This document shows positions 1-12,289 of a stretch of 64,000 bases of DNA, in pieces; the first letter of the stretch is position 1, and every line of letters begins with the position of its first letter. The position numbers and the translations under genes are program-made. The DNA lies in NCBI GenBank assembly GCA_040954595.2, contig CM082593.2:11855477-11919476 (forward strand), written 5' to 3'. Below the pieces are notes generated by a model. That model made no database searches. It worked only from the letters and a program-made list of their open reading frames with translations, and was not told where the DNA came from. The stretch comes from Balanoglossus misakiensis (Eukaryota > Animalia > Hemichordata).

Positions 1-1080
1 CAGTATGATAATCGCATGTCAATACAACTGTTACATTAAAGGAAAAGTTCAAATCCGCCTAAAACCACATTGCATTGGTACCTAGTTAAGTTGTCCTCAC
101 TTCTGACGCAAAATTTTGATGTGCAATGCACGTGTCTGTGAAATTGACGAATAAAAAAATTGTATACCAGTGCAAAATTAAAAACTCCCTGTGCAGCCTT
201 CTTGGCAACTGCATGCTGGGAAAAGTACTCGGATGATGACGAAAAAGTTTCGGGGTTCCGGGTAGTGCTACCCCGGAATACAATGTTGGGTGCGGACTCC
301 AACTATGGAAAAGAGATGCAGAATGTCATGTGATATAGTAGTGAAAACAAATACACGTTGGTTCACGTATTTCAGCTCTCAGCAATCAGGGTGCATTAAA
401 AGGCCTTGATTGGTGTGATATTCACAATTGATGATTATAAATACTTACAGTTGTATACTGTTTTATTTTGTAAATATTGTGTACATTTGCAGCAATGAAT
501 CCGTGCGAACACAAACCTTAACCCATGCCGGAATGCTGGTACTTGCCAAGCAATCCAGGGATCTTGTACAGGCGTCACATGTCTATGTGCTGGCTGCTAC
601 CTGGGCTTCACATGTGAAACACGTGAGTACAGTACTTTGTCATTTATTAAAAAATCTAAGTGCTGAGGTACATTGTAGTAATAATAGCAGGTGTAGTCAT
701 TATCATCATCATCATCATCTTTAAGTCAGTCATATGATCGGTAATAAAAACAGTAAAACACCAGTATAAAAACATAACAGAGAAATAATGAACGTGTACT
801 GGTGTTACCATAGGTAACTGTTGTATAAAATTTTGAATTCCTGTCTTCCAGTTCCTAATCCATGCTTCACTAGTCCTTGTCTCAATGGAGGTACCTGCCA
901 ACAACAGGCAAATTCTTGTACTGCCACCATTGGCATGTGCACAGAGTGTTACTAGGGAAACAGGTGTGAGACAAGTAAGTTTGAATCTATAGCAGTTAAT
1001 AATGATAATTATCATTTTTTTTATTATGATTTAAACTTCACTGATGTTGTACAAACACAAAAATAGAAATAATAATAATA

Positions 1081-2558
1081 ATTAAAGCTGCGAGCAGCAT
1101 TGTCGGGCCCAAGCGCTGATCTTGAATTATATATGCACAGTATGAATGAGAAGAAACAGATTTTAATATCGGATGTATTATCTCATGACATAACAGGGAT
1201 GTGTGTATTTTTGCTGCTGAAATAGGGTGAAGTAGGTCAAAGGTCACCTGAGGTCACCCAACATTTGGCCAATTTTTTTTACCCATACTGGTCCATGTCC
1301 AACAAAAACCAAAACTCTAGCTCTATTGGTTCACCTGTAATTAGGTATGTGCATATTAAATGAGGTCAGTAGGTGTCACAGGTGACCCAAAAATTTGGCT
1401 TTACATTTAGCTCCCATCCTGCCAAATGCCAACGCTGTATCTGCTCTGGATGCTGAGATATGCGAAAGTAGGTCAAAGGTCACCAGAGGTCACCCAACAT
1501 TTGGGCAAAAAATTTTGACCCCATACTGGTCCATGTTCAACAAAAACCAAACCTCTAGCTCTATTGGTTCGCCTGTAATTAGCTATGCACATAACTAATG
1601 AGGTCAGCAGAGGTCAAAGGGGTCATGAAAAGTAGCAAATTTTTTTGATCACACACTAATCCACATGCATCAAAAACCAAACGTCTAGCCCTTTAGGTTA
1701 GCCTGGAATTAGATATGCAGAAATAATAATGTGTAAAAAGTAGGTCAAAGGTCATGTGAAAAATCGCCAAAAATTTGTAACATATTGTAGTCATATGACG
1801 ATTGATATCCATACAAAGAATTTGTATGCTATCAATTTTTACGCTAGAAAAAGGAATTTTAATTTTTCACTGCTTTTTACAAAATCCAATATGGCCGCCA
1901 TAATCTTCGACCAATCACAATGCTCTTTGCAAACTTGATAGACATCAGTATAGTGACCATACTCCCCAAATCTTGCGACTCAGTTATCGCCCGTTCTGGA
2001 GAAGAAGATTTTTGGAGTTTAACTATGGTTTTTCGAAAATCCAATATGGCCGCCATAATCTCCGACCAATCACAATGATCTTCGCAAACTTGATAGACAT
2101 CAGTTAGGTGACCACATACCCCAAACCCCGTGTCTCGGTTATCACCGGTTCTGGAGAAGAAGATTTTTGAAATTTAAGCCAGATTTCAGAAAAAAAATTG
2201 TAGCAAAAAAACTGCAACATTGACAGCAAAATTTCCAATTACAAAAATGATGGGTAAAAGGTAGTCTACCTGCATGCCAAATTTGAAGTCGATCTGACTT
2301 GTAGTTTCTGAGATCTGAGATTTGATTTTTTTCAGAAAATCCAATATGGCCGCCAGGTCACGTGACTAATTAAGTATTCACAAGTCACTGCACATCTACT
2401 CATTGACCTTGACCACTCTAGCAAGTTTGAGAAGTGTACCTGCAGCGGTGTCTGAGATCTCGTTGCCCAAAGAATTGACACAAGAATAAAGAAAGAAAGA
2501 AAGAAAAATTCCAACGAAACCAATAGGGCCCAAGCGCTTGCTTGCGCTTGGGCCCTAA
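1081..2558 (-). mobile_element. Solo non-autonomous Helentron-type element (HINE/DINE-1-like), ~1.48 kb
   Basis: On the - strand: 5' hairpin agggcccaagcgc-aagcaa-gcgcttgggccct, (TTTC)n microsatellite, internal tandem subrepeats, 3' subTIR gcttgggccc and terminal hairpin gctgc-tc-gcagc then tttaat. Inserted in an (AAT)n run; absent from copies 2-4. Confidence 0.8.
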
Positions 2559-3008
2559 TAATTTATTTGTATAGCGTCAGTATCCACAAAAAATGTGATC
2601 AATGACGCTTAAAGCAAAAGTACAATACAACACAACAAATGGCTAAAAAACAGATTTAAAAAGTAAAGTTTTAACATTTGATTTAAAAACAGATAAGTCT
2701 GGTGCCTGGCGAATGGTGAGTGGAAGATTATTCCAAAGAATTGGAGCAGCAACAGTAAAAGCACGATCACCATAACTCTTGGTGCGTGATCGAACAGGGC
2801 AGAGTTTGAACTGATCAGCTGACCTCAAATTGCGACACGGAACATATAGATTAGTCATGCTAGAAAGATAGATTGGACCAAGTTTATGAATGGATTTTAA
2901 AATGAGAACTAACATCTTAAAAACAATACGCTCTGTAACAGGTAGCCAGTGCAACTGATACAAAATTGGAGTGATGTGACAGGTGATTTTTGAACGAGTA
3001 ACAATTAG
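2559..3008 (-). mobile_element. 5'-truncated L2/CR1-clade LINE 3' end (ORF2 C-terminus)
   Basis: ORF 2643..2963 LHWLPVTERIVFK..RNLRSADQ..KSYGDRAFTVAAPILWNNLP..FKSNVKTLLF; AATAAA then (ATT)n tail. Confidence 0.88.
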
Positions 3009-3077
3009 AAAGGGACAGCAGCTTAGCTCTATTCCTTTTCCAAAGTGTTTGTTCTTTTAAACTACCTGTTTTTTATT

Positions 3078-6000
3078 GGAGGCACAAGCGCCCTCAGGCG
3101 GCTTGTGCCCCCATTGGTATTGTTGGAATTTTTCTTTATTAGGGCCCAAGCGCATACCAGCGCTTGGGCCCTATTGGTTTCGTTGGGGTTTTTTAGGGCC
3201 CAAGCGCAAGCAAGCGCTTGGGCCCTATTGGTTTCGTTGGGGTTTTTTACGGGCCCAAGCCAAGCCAGGCTTGGGCCCGTATTGGTTTCGTTGGAATTTT
3301 ACTTTCTTTAGGGCCCAAGCGCAAGCCAGCGCTTGGGCCCTATTGGTTTCGTTGGGGTTTTTCTTTCTTCTTTCTTTCTTTCTTTATTCTTGTGTCAATT
3401 CTTTGTCGCTCTAGATCTCAGACACCGCTGCAGGTACACTTCTGAAACTTGCTACAGTGGTCAAGGTCAATGAGTAGTCGTGCATTGAACCCTTGAATTT
3501 TTAATTAGTCACGTGACCTGGCGGCCATATTGGATTTTCTGAAAAAATGCAAATCTCAGATCTCAGAAACTACAAGTCAGATCGACTTCAAATTTGGTGT
3601 GCAGGTAGTCTACCTTCTACCCATCATTTTTGTAATTGGATATTTTGCTGTAAATGTTGCAGTTTTTTTGCTACAATTTTTTTTCTGAAATCTGGCTTAA
3701 ATTTCAAAAATCTTCTTCTCCAGAACCGGTGATAACTGAGTCACGCGGTTTGGGGTATGTGGTCACCTAACTGATGTCTATCAAGTTTGCGAAGATCATT
3801 GTGATTGGTCGAAGATTATGGCGGCCATATTGGATTTTCTAAAAACCATTGTAAAATTTCAAAAATCTTCTTCTCAAGAACGGGCGATAACCGAGTCACA
3901 AGATTTGGTGTGTGTGGTCATTAAACAGATGTCTATCAAGTTTGCGAAGGGGAATGTGATTGGTCGAAGATTATGGCGGCCATATTGGATTTTGTGAAAA
4001 ACGATTAAAAAGTAAAAATTTCTTTTCTAGCCTTAAAATTGATAGCACAGAAATTCTTTTTATGGATATGAATCATCATATGACAAGAATAAGCTATAAA
4101 TATTTTGGTAATTTTGGCAATGACCTTTGACCTACTTTTGACGCATCATTTTTCTGCATATCTAATTCCAGGCTAACCAATAGGGCTATAAGTTTGGTTT
4201 TTAATGTATGTGGATTTGTATGTGATAAAAATTTTTTGATACTTTTCATGACCTCTGGTGACCTCATTAAATATGCGCATACCTAATTGATGATGAACTA
4301 ATAGACCTAGAGGTTTTGTTTTTGTTATACATGGACCAGTATGGGGACAAAATATTTTGCCCAAATGTTGGGTGACCTCGGGTGACCTTTGACCTACTTT
4401 TGCATATATCGACATCCACAACAGATACAGCCTTGACGTTTGGAGGTATGGGGCCATAATGAAAAGCCAAAGTTTTGGGTCACCTGTGACGCCTGCATAA
4501 CTCATTATTTATGTGCATACCTAATTCCGAGCTAACCAAAAGGGCTAGAGGTCTGGTTTTTGTTGGACATGGACCACTATGGGTCAAAATTTTCTGCCCA
4601 AATTGTGGGTGACCTCTGGGTGACCTTTGACCTACTTAACACTATATCAACACCAAACATAGATATAACCTTGATATTTCATGGGATAAAACACAGCATT
4701 ATGGTTCTACTCATTAATGATGTGCATATCTAATAATCTGATCAGATAATAGAGCTTGGGCCCGGACAATGCTGCTTGCAGCTTTAATTCTTTCTTTATT
4801 CTTGTGTCAATTCTTTGACCCACGAGATCTCAGACACCGCTGCAGGTACACTTCTGAAACTTGCTACAGTGGTCAAGGTCAATGAGTAGTCGTGCATTGA
4901 ACCCTTGAATTTTTAATTAGTCACGTGACCTGGTGGCCATCTTGGATTTTCTGAAAAAATGCAAATCTCAGATCTCAGAAACTACAGGTCAGATCGACTT
5001 CAAATTTGGCATGCTGGTAGACTACCCTCTGTCCATCATTTTTGTAATTGGAAATTATGCTGACAAAGTTGCAGTTTTTTGCTACAATTTTTTTTCTGAA
5101 ATCTGGCTTAAATTTCAAAAATCTTCTTCTCCAGAACCAGTGATAACCGAGACACAGGATTTGGTGTATGTGGTCACCTAACTGATGTCTATCAAGTTTG
5201 CGAAGATCATTGTGATTGGTCGAAGATTTTGGCGGCCATATTGGATTTTCGAAAAACCCTAGTAAAATTTCAAAAATCTTCTTCTCCAGAACGGGCGATA
5301 ACCGAGTCACAAGATTTGGTGTGTGTGGTCATTAAACAGATGTCTATCAAGTTTGCGAAGGGGAATGTGATTGGTCGAAGATTATGGCGGCCATATTGGA
5401 TTTTGTGAAAAACAATTAAAAAGTAAAAATTCCTTTTCTAGCCTAAAAATTGATAGCACAGAAATTCTTTTTATGGATATGAATCATCATATGACAAGAA
5501 TAACCTATAAATATTTTGGTAATTTTGGCAATGACCTTTGACCTACTTTTGACGAATCATTTTTCTGCATATCTAATTCCAGGCTAACCAATAGGGCTAT
5601 AAGTTTGGTTTTTGATGTATGTGGATTTGTATGTGATCAAAAAATTTTGCTACTTTTCATGACCCCTTTGACCTCTGGTGACCTCATTAAATATGCGCAT
5701 ACCTAATTAATGATGAACCAATAGACCTAGAGGTTTTGTTTTTGTTATACATGGACCAGTATGGGGTCAAAATATTTTGCCCAAATGTTGGGTGACCTCG
5801 GGTGACCTTTGACCTACTTAACACTATATTAGCATCAGATCAGATAATAGAGCTTGGGCCCGGACAATGCTGCTTGCAGCTTTAATCTTTCTTTCTTTCT
5901 TTCTTTCTTTATTCTCCTGTCCATTTTTTATCGCTCTAGATCTCAGACACCGCTGCAGGTACAGTTCTCGAAACTTGCTACAGTGGTCAAGGTCAATGAG

Positions 6001-9000
6001 TAGTCGTGCATTGAACCCATGAATTTTTAATTAGTCACGTGACATGGCGGCCATATTGGATTTTCTGAAAAAATGCAAATCTCAGATCTCAGAAACTACA
6101 AGTCAGATTTACTTCAGATTTGGCGTGCTGGTAGTGTACCTTCTGCCCATCATTTTTGTAATTGGATATTTTGCTGTCAATGTTGCAGTTTTTTTGCTAC
6201 AGTTGTTTTTCTGAAATCTGGTCAAAATTTCAAAAATCTTCTTCTCCAGAACCGGCGATAACCGAGTCACGCGGTTTGGGGTATGGGGTCTCCTAACTGA
6301 GGTCTATCAAGTTTGCGAAGATCATTGTGATTGGTCGAAGATTATGGCGGCCATATTGGATTTTCGAAAAACCATAGTAAAACTCCCAAAATCTTCTTCT
6401 CCAGAACGGGCGATAACTGAGTCGCAAGATTCGGGGAGTATGGTCACAACACTGATGTCTATCAAGTTTGCAAAGAGCATTGTGATTGGTCGAAGATTAT
6501 GGCGGCCATATTGGATTTTGTAAAAAGCAGTGAAAAATTGAAATTCCTTTTCCTAGTCTAAGAATTGATAGCATACAAATTCTTTTCATGGATATCAATC
6601 GTGATATGACTAAAATATGTTACAAATTTTTGGCGATTTTTCACATGACCTTTGACCTACTTTTCACACATTATTTCTGCATATCTATTTCCAGGCTAAC
6701 CTATAGGGCTAGATGTTTGGTTTTTGATGCATGTGGATTAGTGTGTGATCAAAATATTTTTGCTACTTTTCATGACCCCTTTGACCTCTGTTGACCTCAT
6801 TAATTATGTGCATAGCTAATTACAGGCGAACCAATAGAGCTAGAGGTTTGGTTTTTGTTGGACATGGACCAGTATGGGATTAAAATTTTTTGCCCAAATG
6901 TTGGGTGACCTCTGGTGACCTTTGACCTACTTTCGCATATCTCAACATCCAGAGCAGATACAGCCTTGGGATTTGGCAGGATGGGACCTAAATGTAAAGC
7001 CAAATTTTTGGGTCACCTGTGACACCTGCTGACCTCATTAAATATGCACATACCTAATTACACGCGAACCAATAGAGCTAGAGTTTTGGTTTTTGTTGGA
7101 CATGGCCCAGCATGGGTCAAAAATTTTTGCCCAAATGTTGGGTGACCTCAGGTGACCTTTGACCTACTTCACCCTACTTCAGCAGCAAAAATACACACAT
7201 CCTTGTTATGTCATGAGATAATACATCCGATAGAAAATTCTGTTTCTTCTCATTCATACTGTGCATATATAATTCAAGATCAGCGCTTGGGCCCGACAAT
7301 GCTGCTCGCAGCTTTAATCTTTCTTTCTTTCTTTCTTTCTTTATTCTTCTGTCATTTCTTTGTCGCTCTAGATCTCAGACACCACTGCAGGTACAGTTCT
7401 CAAACTTGCTACAGTGGTCAAGGTCAATGAGTAGTCGTGCATTGAACCCATGAATTTTTAATTAGTCACATGACCTGGCGGCCATCTTGGATTTTCTGAA
7501 AAAATGCAAATCTCAGATCTCAGAAACTACAAGTCAGATCGACTTCAAATTTGGCGTGCAGGTAGACTACCTTCTGTCAAACATTTTTGTAATTGGAAAT
7601 TATGCTGTCAATGTTGCAGTTTTTTTGCTACAATTTTTTTTCTGAAATCTGGCTTGAATTTCAAAAATCTTCTTCTCCAGAACCGGTGATAACCGAGACA
7701 TGGGATTTGGGGTATGTGGTCACCTAACTGATGTCTATCAAGTTTGCGAAGATCATTGTGATTGGTCGAAGATTATGGCGGCCATATTGGATTTTCGAAA
7801 AACCCTAGTAAAATTTCAAAAATCTTCTTCTCAAGAACCGGCGATAACCGAGTCACAAGATTTTGTGTGTGTGGTCATTCAACAGATGTCTATCAAGTTT
7901 GCGAAGAGGAATGTGATTGGTCGAAGATTATGGCGGCCATATTGGATTTTCTTAAAAACGATTAAAAAGTAAAAATTCCCTTTCTAGCCTAAAAATTGAT
8001 AGCACAGAAATTCTTTTTATGGATATGAATCATCATATAACAAGAATAAGCTATAAATATTTTGGTAATTTTGGCAATGACCTTTGACCTACTTTTGACG
8101 CATCAATTTTCTGCATATCTAATTCCAGGCTAACCAATAGGGCTATAAGTTTGGTTTTTGATGTATGTGGATTTGTATGTGATCAAAAAATTTTGGTACT
8201 TTTCATGACCCCTTTGACCTCTGCTGACCTCATTAAATATGCGCATACCTAATTACAGGTGAACCAATAGACCTAGAGGTTTTGTTTTTGTTGGACAGGA
8301 CAAGTATAGGGTCAAAATTTTTTACCCAAATTTTGGGTGACCTCTGGTGACCTTTGACCTAAATTCGCAAATCTCAGCATCCACAGCAGATACAGCCTTG
8401 GCGTTTGGAGGTATGGGGCCATAATGAAAAGCCAAAGTTTTGGGTCACCTGTGACACCTGCTTAACTCATTATTTATGTGCATACCTAATTCCGGGCTAA
8501 CCAAAAGGGTTAGAGGTCTGGTTTTTGTTGGACATGGACCACTATGGGTCAAAATTTTCTGCACAAACTGTGGGTGACCTCTGGGTGACCTTTGACCTAC
8601 TTAACACTATATCAACACCAAACATAGATATAACCTTGATATTTCATGGGATAAAACACAGAATTATGTTTCTACTCATTAATTATGTGCATATCTAATA
8701 ATCTGATCAGATAATAGAGCTTGGGCCCGGACAATGCTGCTTGCAGCTTTAATTATTATTCTTCTTCTTCTTCTTCTTCTTCCGAGAAATTCGGCCAGGT
8801 AGATCTGGAAAACCGCAGCACCTAGGGGGCTGAAACTTGGTAGGGTGGTAGGGGCCAATGAGTAGACGTGCAGTGGCTCGTGAATATTTAATTAGTCACG
8901 TGACCTGGCGGCCATATTGGATTTCCTGAAAATCGTTAAATGAGTCCTTCTCTAAAACCACTGGGCCGATCGAGTTCAAATTTGGTGTGCAGGTAGCCTA

Positions 9001-9973
9001 CCTTATGTCCATCATTTTACCCCATTAAAATCATGACGTCATACATAAAGTTTTTTTGCTACAATTGTTTTTCTGAAAAACTACCTAAAACTTTAAAAAT
9101 CTTCTTCTCCAGAACCAGCGGTTACCGAGTCTCGGGATTTGGGATATGTGGTCACCTAACCTATGTCTATCAAGTTTGCGAAGCACACTGTGATTGGTCG
9201 ATCATTATGGCGGCCATGTTGGATTTTCGGAAAACCATTGAAAAATGAAAATTCCGTTTTGTAGCCAAAATATTGACAGCACGGAAATTCTTTTTTTGGA
9301 TATGAGTCATCATATGAGCGGAAGTTGTCACAATTTTTCGGGGCAATTTTCACATGACCTTTGACCCAGTTTTAAAACAACTAATTATATATGCATATTC
9401 CCCATACCTCCTCTTGTCAAAGCACCACAGTCATGAATTTTGTGGACATGGGTACCAATGCAGCCAGGACATGGCAAAAATATTTTTGTAATTTTGGCAA
9501 TGAACCTTGACCTATTTCTGAAACATCATGTTTCTGCATATCTAATTCCAGGCTAACCGATAGGGCTAGAGGTCTGTTTTTAGTTGGACATGGCCGACTC
9601 TGGGGTCAAAATTTTATGCCCAAATTTTGGGTGACCTTGGATGACCTTTGATCTACTTTCCCATATCTCAGCATCCACAGCAGTTAGAGGCCTGGCTTTT
9701 GGGGGGCCGATGGAGCACATATGGAGTCTTACACAATACCTCATTAATTATGCGCATACCTAATTCTAGGCGAACCAATAGAGCTAGGGGTCTGGTTTTT
9801 GTTGTACCTAGACTAGTATGGGGTCCGATTTTTTTGCCCAAATTTGGGGTGACCTCAGGTGACCTTTGACCTACTTTCCAATATCTTGGTATCCACAGCC
9901 GATACAGCCTTGGCATTTGCTGCTTACCATGGGAACCGCTTGTGCCCCGCCAACGCTGCTTGCAGCTTTAATT
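3078..9973 (+). mobile_element. Five-deep nest of non-autonomous Helentron-type elements (outer element A)
   Basis: Heads at 3078, 3141, 3195, 3249, 3310; tails (gcttg[g/t]gccc..gctgc-t[t/c]-gcagc-tttaat) ending at 4789, 5886, 7318, 8754, 9973. Outer head ggcacaagc/gcttgtgcc matches only the last tail (gcttgtgccc). Empty site ctgttttttatttattctg at ~24886-24905. Confidence 0.85.
3310..4789 (+). mobile_element. Innermost, uninterrupted HINE (element E) of the nest
   Basis: Contiguous head hairpin, (TTTC)n, body, 3' subTIR and hairpin; ~1.48 kb like the solo copy. Confidence 0.82.
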
Positions 9974-10917
9974 TATTCTGATTATGCTAATATGCTAATT
10001 TGTCGGTTTGTCACATCACAATTTTTGTAGGAAACTCACCCCTGGGAATTTTTTTCAGCCACTGACATACATTCATAATCACATGACATTGATGATCATG
10101 GAAAATTTGACCCTTTTCCTTGTAGGACTCAACCAGTGTCCACCAAATCCGTGCCAGAATGGTGGCTTCTGTCAACCGGCTCGAAATTCCTGCTTTGATC
10201 TCACCTGCATATGTACTGGTTGCTACAAAGGTGATAGGTGTGAGATATGTAAGTATACAGCGCAGTCTCTTTTACCTTTTGTCTCTGATGCATTCAAATA
10301 CTGCATGTTTCCTGAGCATAGGTGTAGCCATCACCACAGCAGAGCTTGGAGCGTTCTTGACATCGAATGCAAGATTACACTCTTCCCAATCAAAATCACT
10401 TTCGTAGCGCATAATGTCTTGATTGTCTTAGTTCAAGAAACATTATGCGCGACTGGCCAATTTTACAGCCTTTTGTCAACGCACATCCACTATGGAAATT
10501 CTCACTCCAGGCCAGATAGTGTAAATTTACATATGAGTCTACAGGTATGCTTGAAGTCAAGTCAAGCATTTGCAAGGAACCCTCCTCCAGTACACAGGTC
10601 TTTGATTTCATGAAGGGAAGCCCTTGCCTCACAGTCACTGCCACATGATCTATGGAGGTGTGAACAACTTGATACCAGCCTAATATAAGTTGTAGGCACA
10701 ATCACTCCACACACCCTTGCCATAATTCTGCAAGGTTTTTGCCATATCTGTACTGTATAATGAGTAGCAAGGAATAAAATGGCGTCCTTTCTTAATTTCC
10801 AGTGCAAAACCCCTGTGATCCCAACCCATGTATGAATGGTGGATTTTGCCAGCAAACATCGTGCAATTTCTATTCATGCCAGTGTGTGAACTCTTACACA
10901 GGTGACATCTGTCAAAC

Positions 10918-12035
10918 CATAGACCCTAGAGAAAGAAGGACGAGCAACTGCGGCAAAGATCAAAGGGTTTGGGGATTATCTGTATGATGATGTTCTTTTG
11001 CATATAATTAACACCCAGGACAGTTGGACAATGACTTCCTTACTTCGGCACGTGTCGACCCCACCAGTGATGCGAAAACTTGCCACCAAACTGACACTCC
11101 TGCATTTCAGCAGCCACTGCGTTTTTTTCTAAAATTCTAAAAGTATTACGATGTCTGTGCTAATTATTATGGTCGTCTGTCTGATGAACGGTCATTTCTA
11201 GTGCCACAAGCTTCATTTAAAAATTGTAAACAAATCATCCATGCCAAATTCCTGTTTAACTTGTGCAGATGTGGTCCATAAATGATTGCTGCGTTCAACC
11301 ACGTTGCAGTTTTCTCGTCTTCTGCGAGATGTTCTAAGGTGTTTGTGATAACTTCACGCAAAACGCGAGACTTTGCGTTAGTTTATACACAGTTTATTTG
11401 CAAATTGGATTATTGGGATTTACCTGGAAATAATGTATGCAAAAGAACATCATTTCAAGAAAAAACTGGAGTTGCGCGTCCTTCTTGCATGTCCGACTGG
11501 GCACTCATATTTCTTGGTAACGCTGACACTTTTCGTAATAATTTTATGTTTGCGTGAAGCATTGAAACAAAAATTGTGGTTTAGGGGCATTTTATTTCGC
11601 AGTGCGTGAACAATAAAACAGATTTCACGAAAACAATTTATAAACAAACTGGCTGGATTTTCATGTGTGCGCTATTGCCGCCAGGCAACCCTCGGTACGG
11701 TTAGCTCACAGCCTTGTGAAATACCCGGACTGTTAGACAAAAGATGCTTGTTTTGGACGCTGTCAGACTCAGAGGTGCCAAATTCCTGTTTAACTTGTGC
11801 AGATGTGTTCCATAAATGATTGCTGCGTTCAACCACGTTGCAGTTTTCTCGTCTTCTGCGAGATGTTCTAAGGTGTTTGTGATAACTTCACGCAAAACGC
11901 GAGACTTTGCGTTAGTTTATACACAGTTTATTTGCAAATTGGATTATTGGGATTTACCTGGAAATAATGTATGCAAAAGAACATCATTTCAAGAAAAAAC
12001 TGGAGTTGCGCGTCCTTCTTTCTCTAGGGTCCATG
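10918..12035. mobile_element. P-element-like non-autonomous TIR element inserted in an EGF exon
   Basis: TIR catagaccctagagaaagaaggacg / cgtccttctttctctagggtccatg; 7-bp TSD gtcaaac at 10911-10917 and 12036-12042; CA..TG ends. Superfamily inferred from the termini. Confidence 0.8.
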
Positions 12036-12289
12036 GTCAAACAAGTGAGTATATACTTTCAAGACACCCTGCAAACAAACAAGCAATCTTTATTCCGTAG
12101 ATCTTTAAGCATATTTATGCATTGTATATTTTGATGTGAAACTTCAAATTTTATTGGTCTTGTTGCCAAACTTCTGAAGAAATGAGGATATTGTTTTGAA
12201 GGGTATTTTATCAGTAGATAACAAATACCATGGCCCTCCATGCAAATACCCACATGGTAAATTAAAACTGTTACAGGTGTATTTGATTT

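Noticed and set aside
428-724. ORF ending in a His run (tag-like or metal-binding)
   Set aside because: The His run is an intronic (CAT)n microsatellite that varies between copies, and the ORF is out of frame with the EGF exon.
3078-3360. Five regularly spaced palindromic repeats resembling a CRISPR array
   Set aside because: No unique spacers (intervening DNA is itself repeated), no cas genes, eukaryotic context; each repeat is the 5' hairpin of a HINE.
1038-9916. Many 60-112 aa ORFs in the HINE region (e.g. 3076..3414 with repeated LGPYWFRWG)
   Set aside because: Translations of non-coding repeats; no Rep/helicase or transposase motifs.
3310-9973. Simple head-to-tail rolling-circle concatemer or satellite
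   Set aside because: A concatemer would give head-body-head-body or identical bodies. Here all heads come first, the bodies belong to different subfamilies, and heads pair with tails in nested order.
10008-10613. 201-aa ORF as a standalone gene (also 24933, 43713)
   Set aside because: Only 10126-10248 is EGF-coding and bounded by AG/GT; the rest is intron read-through.
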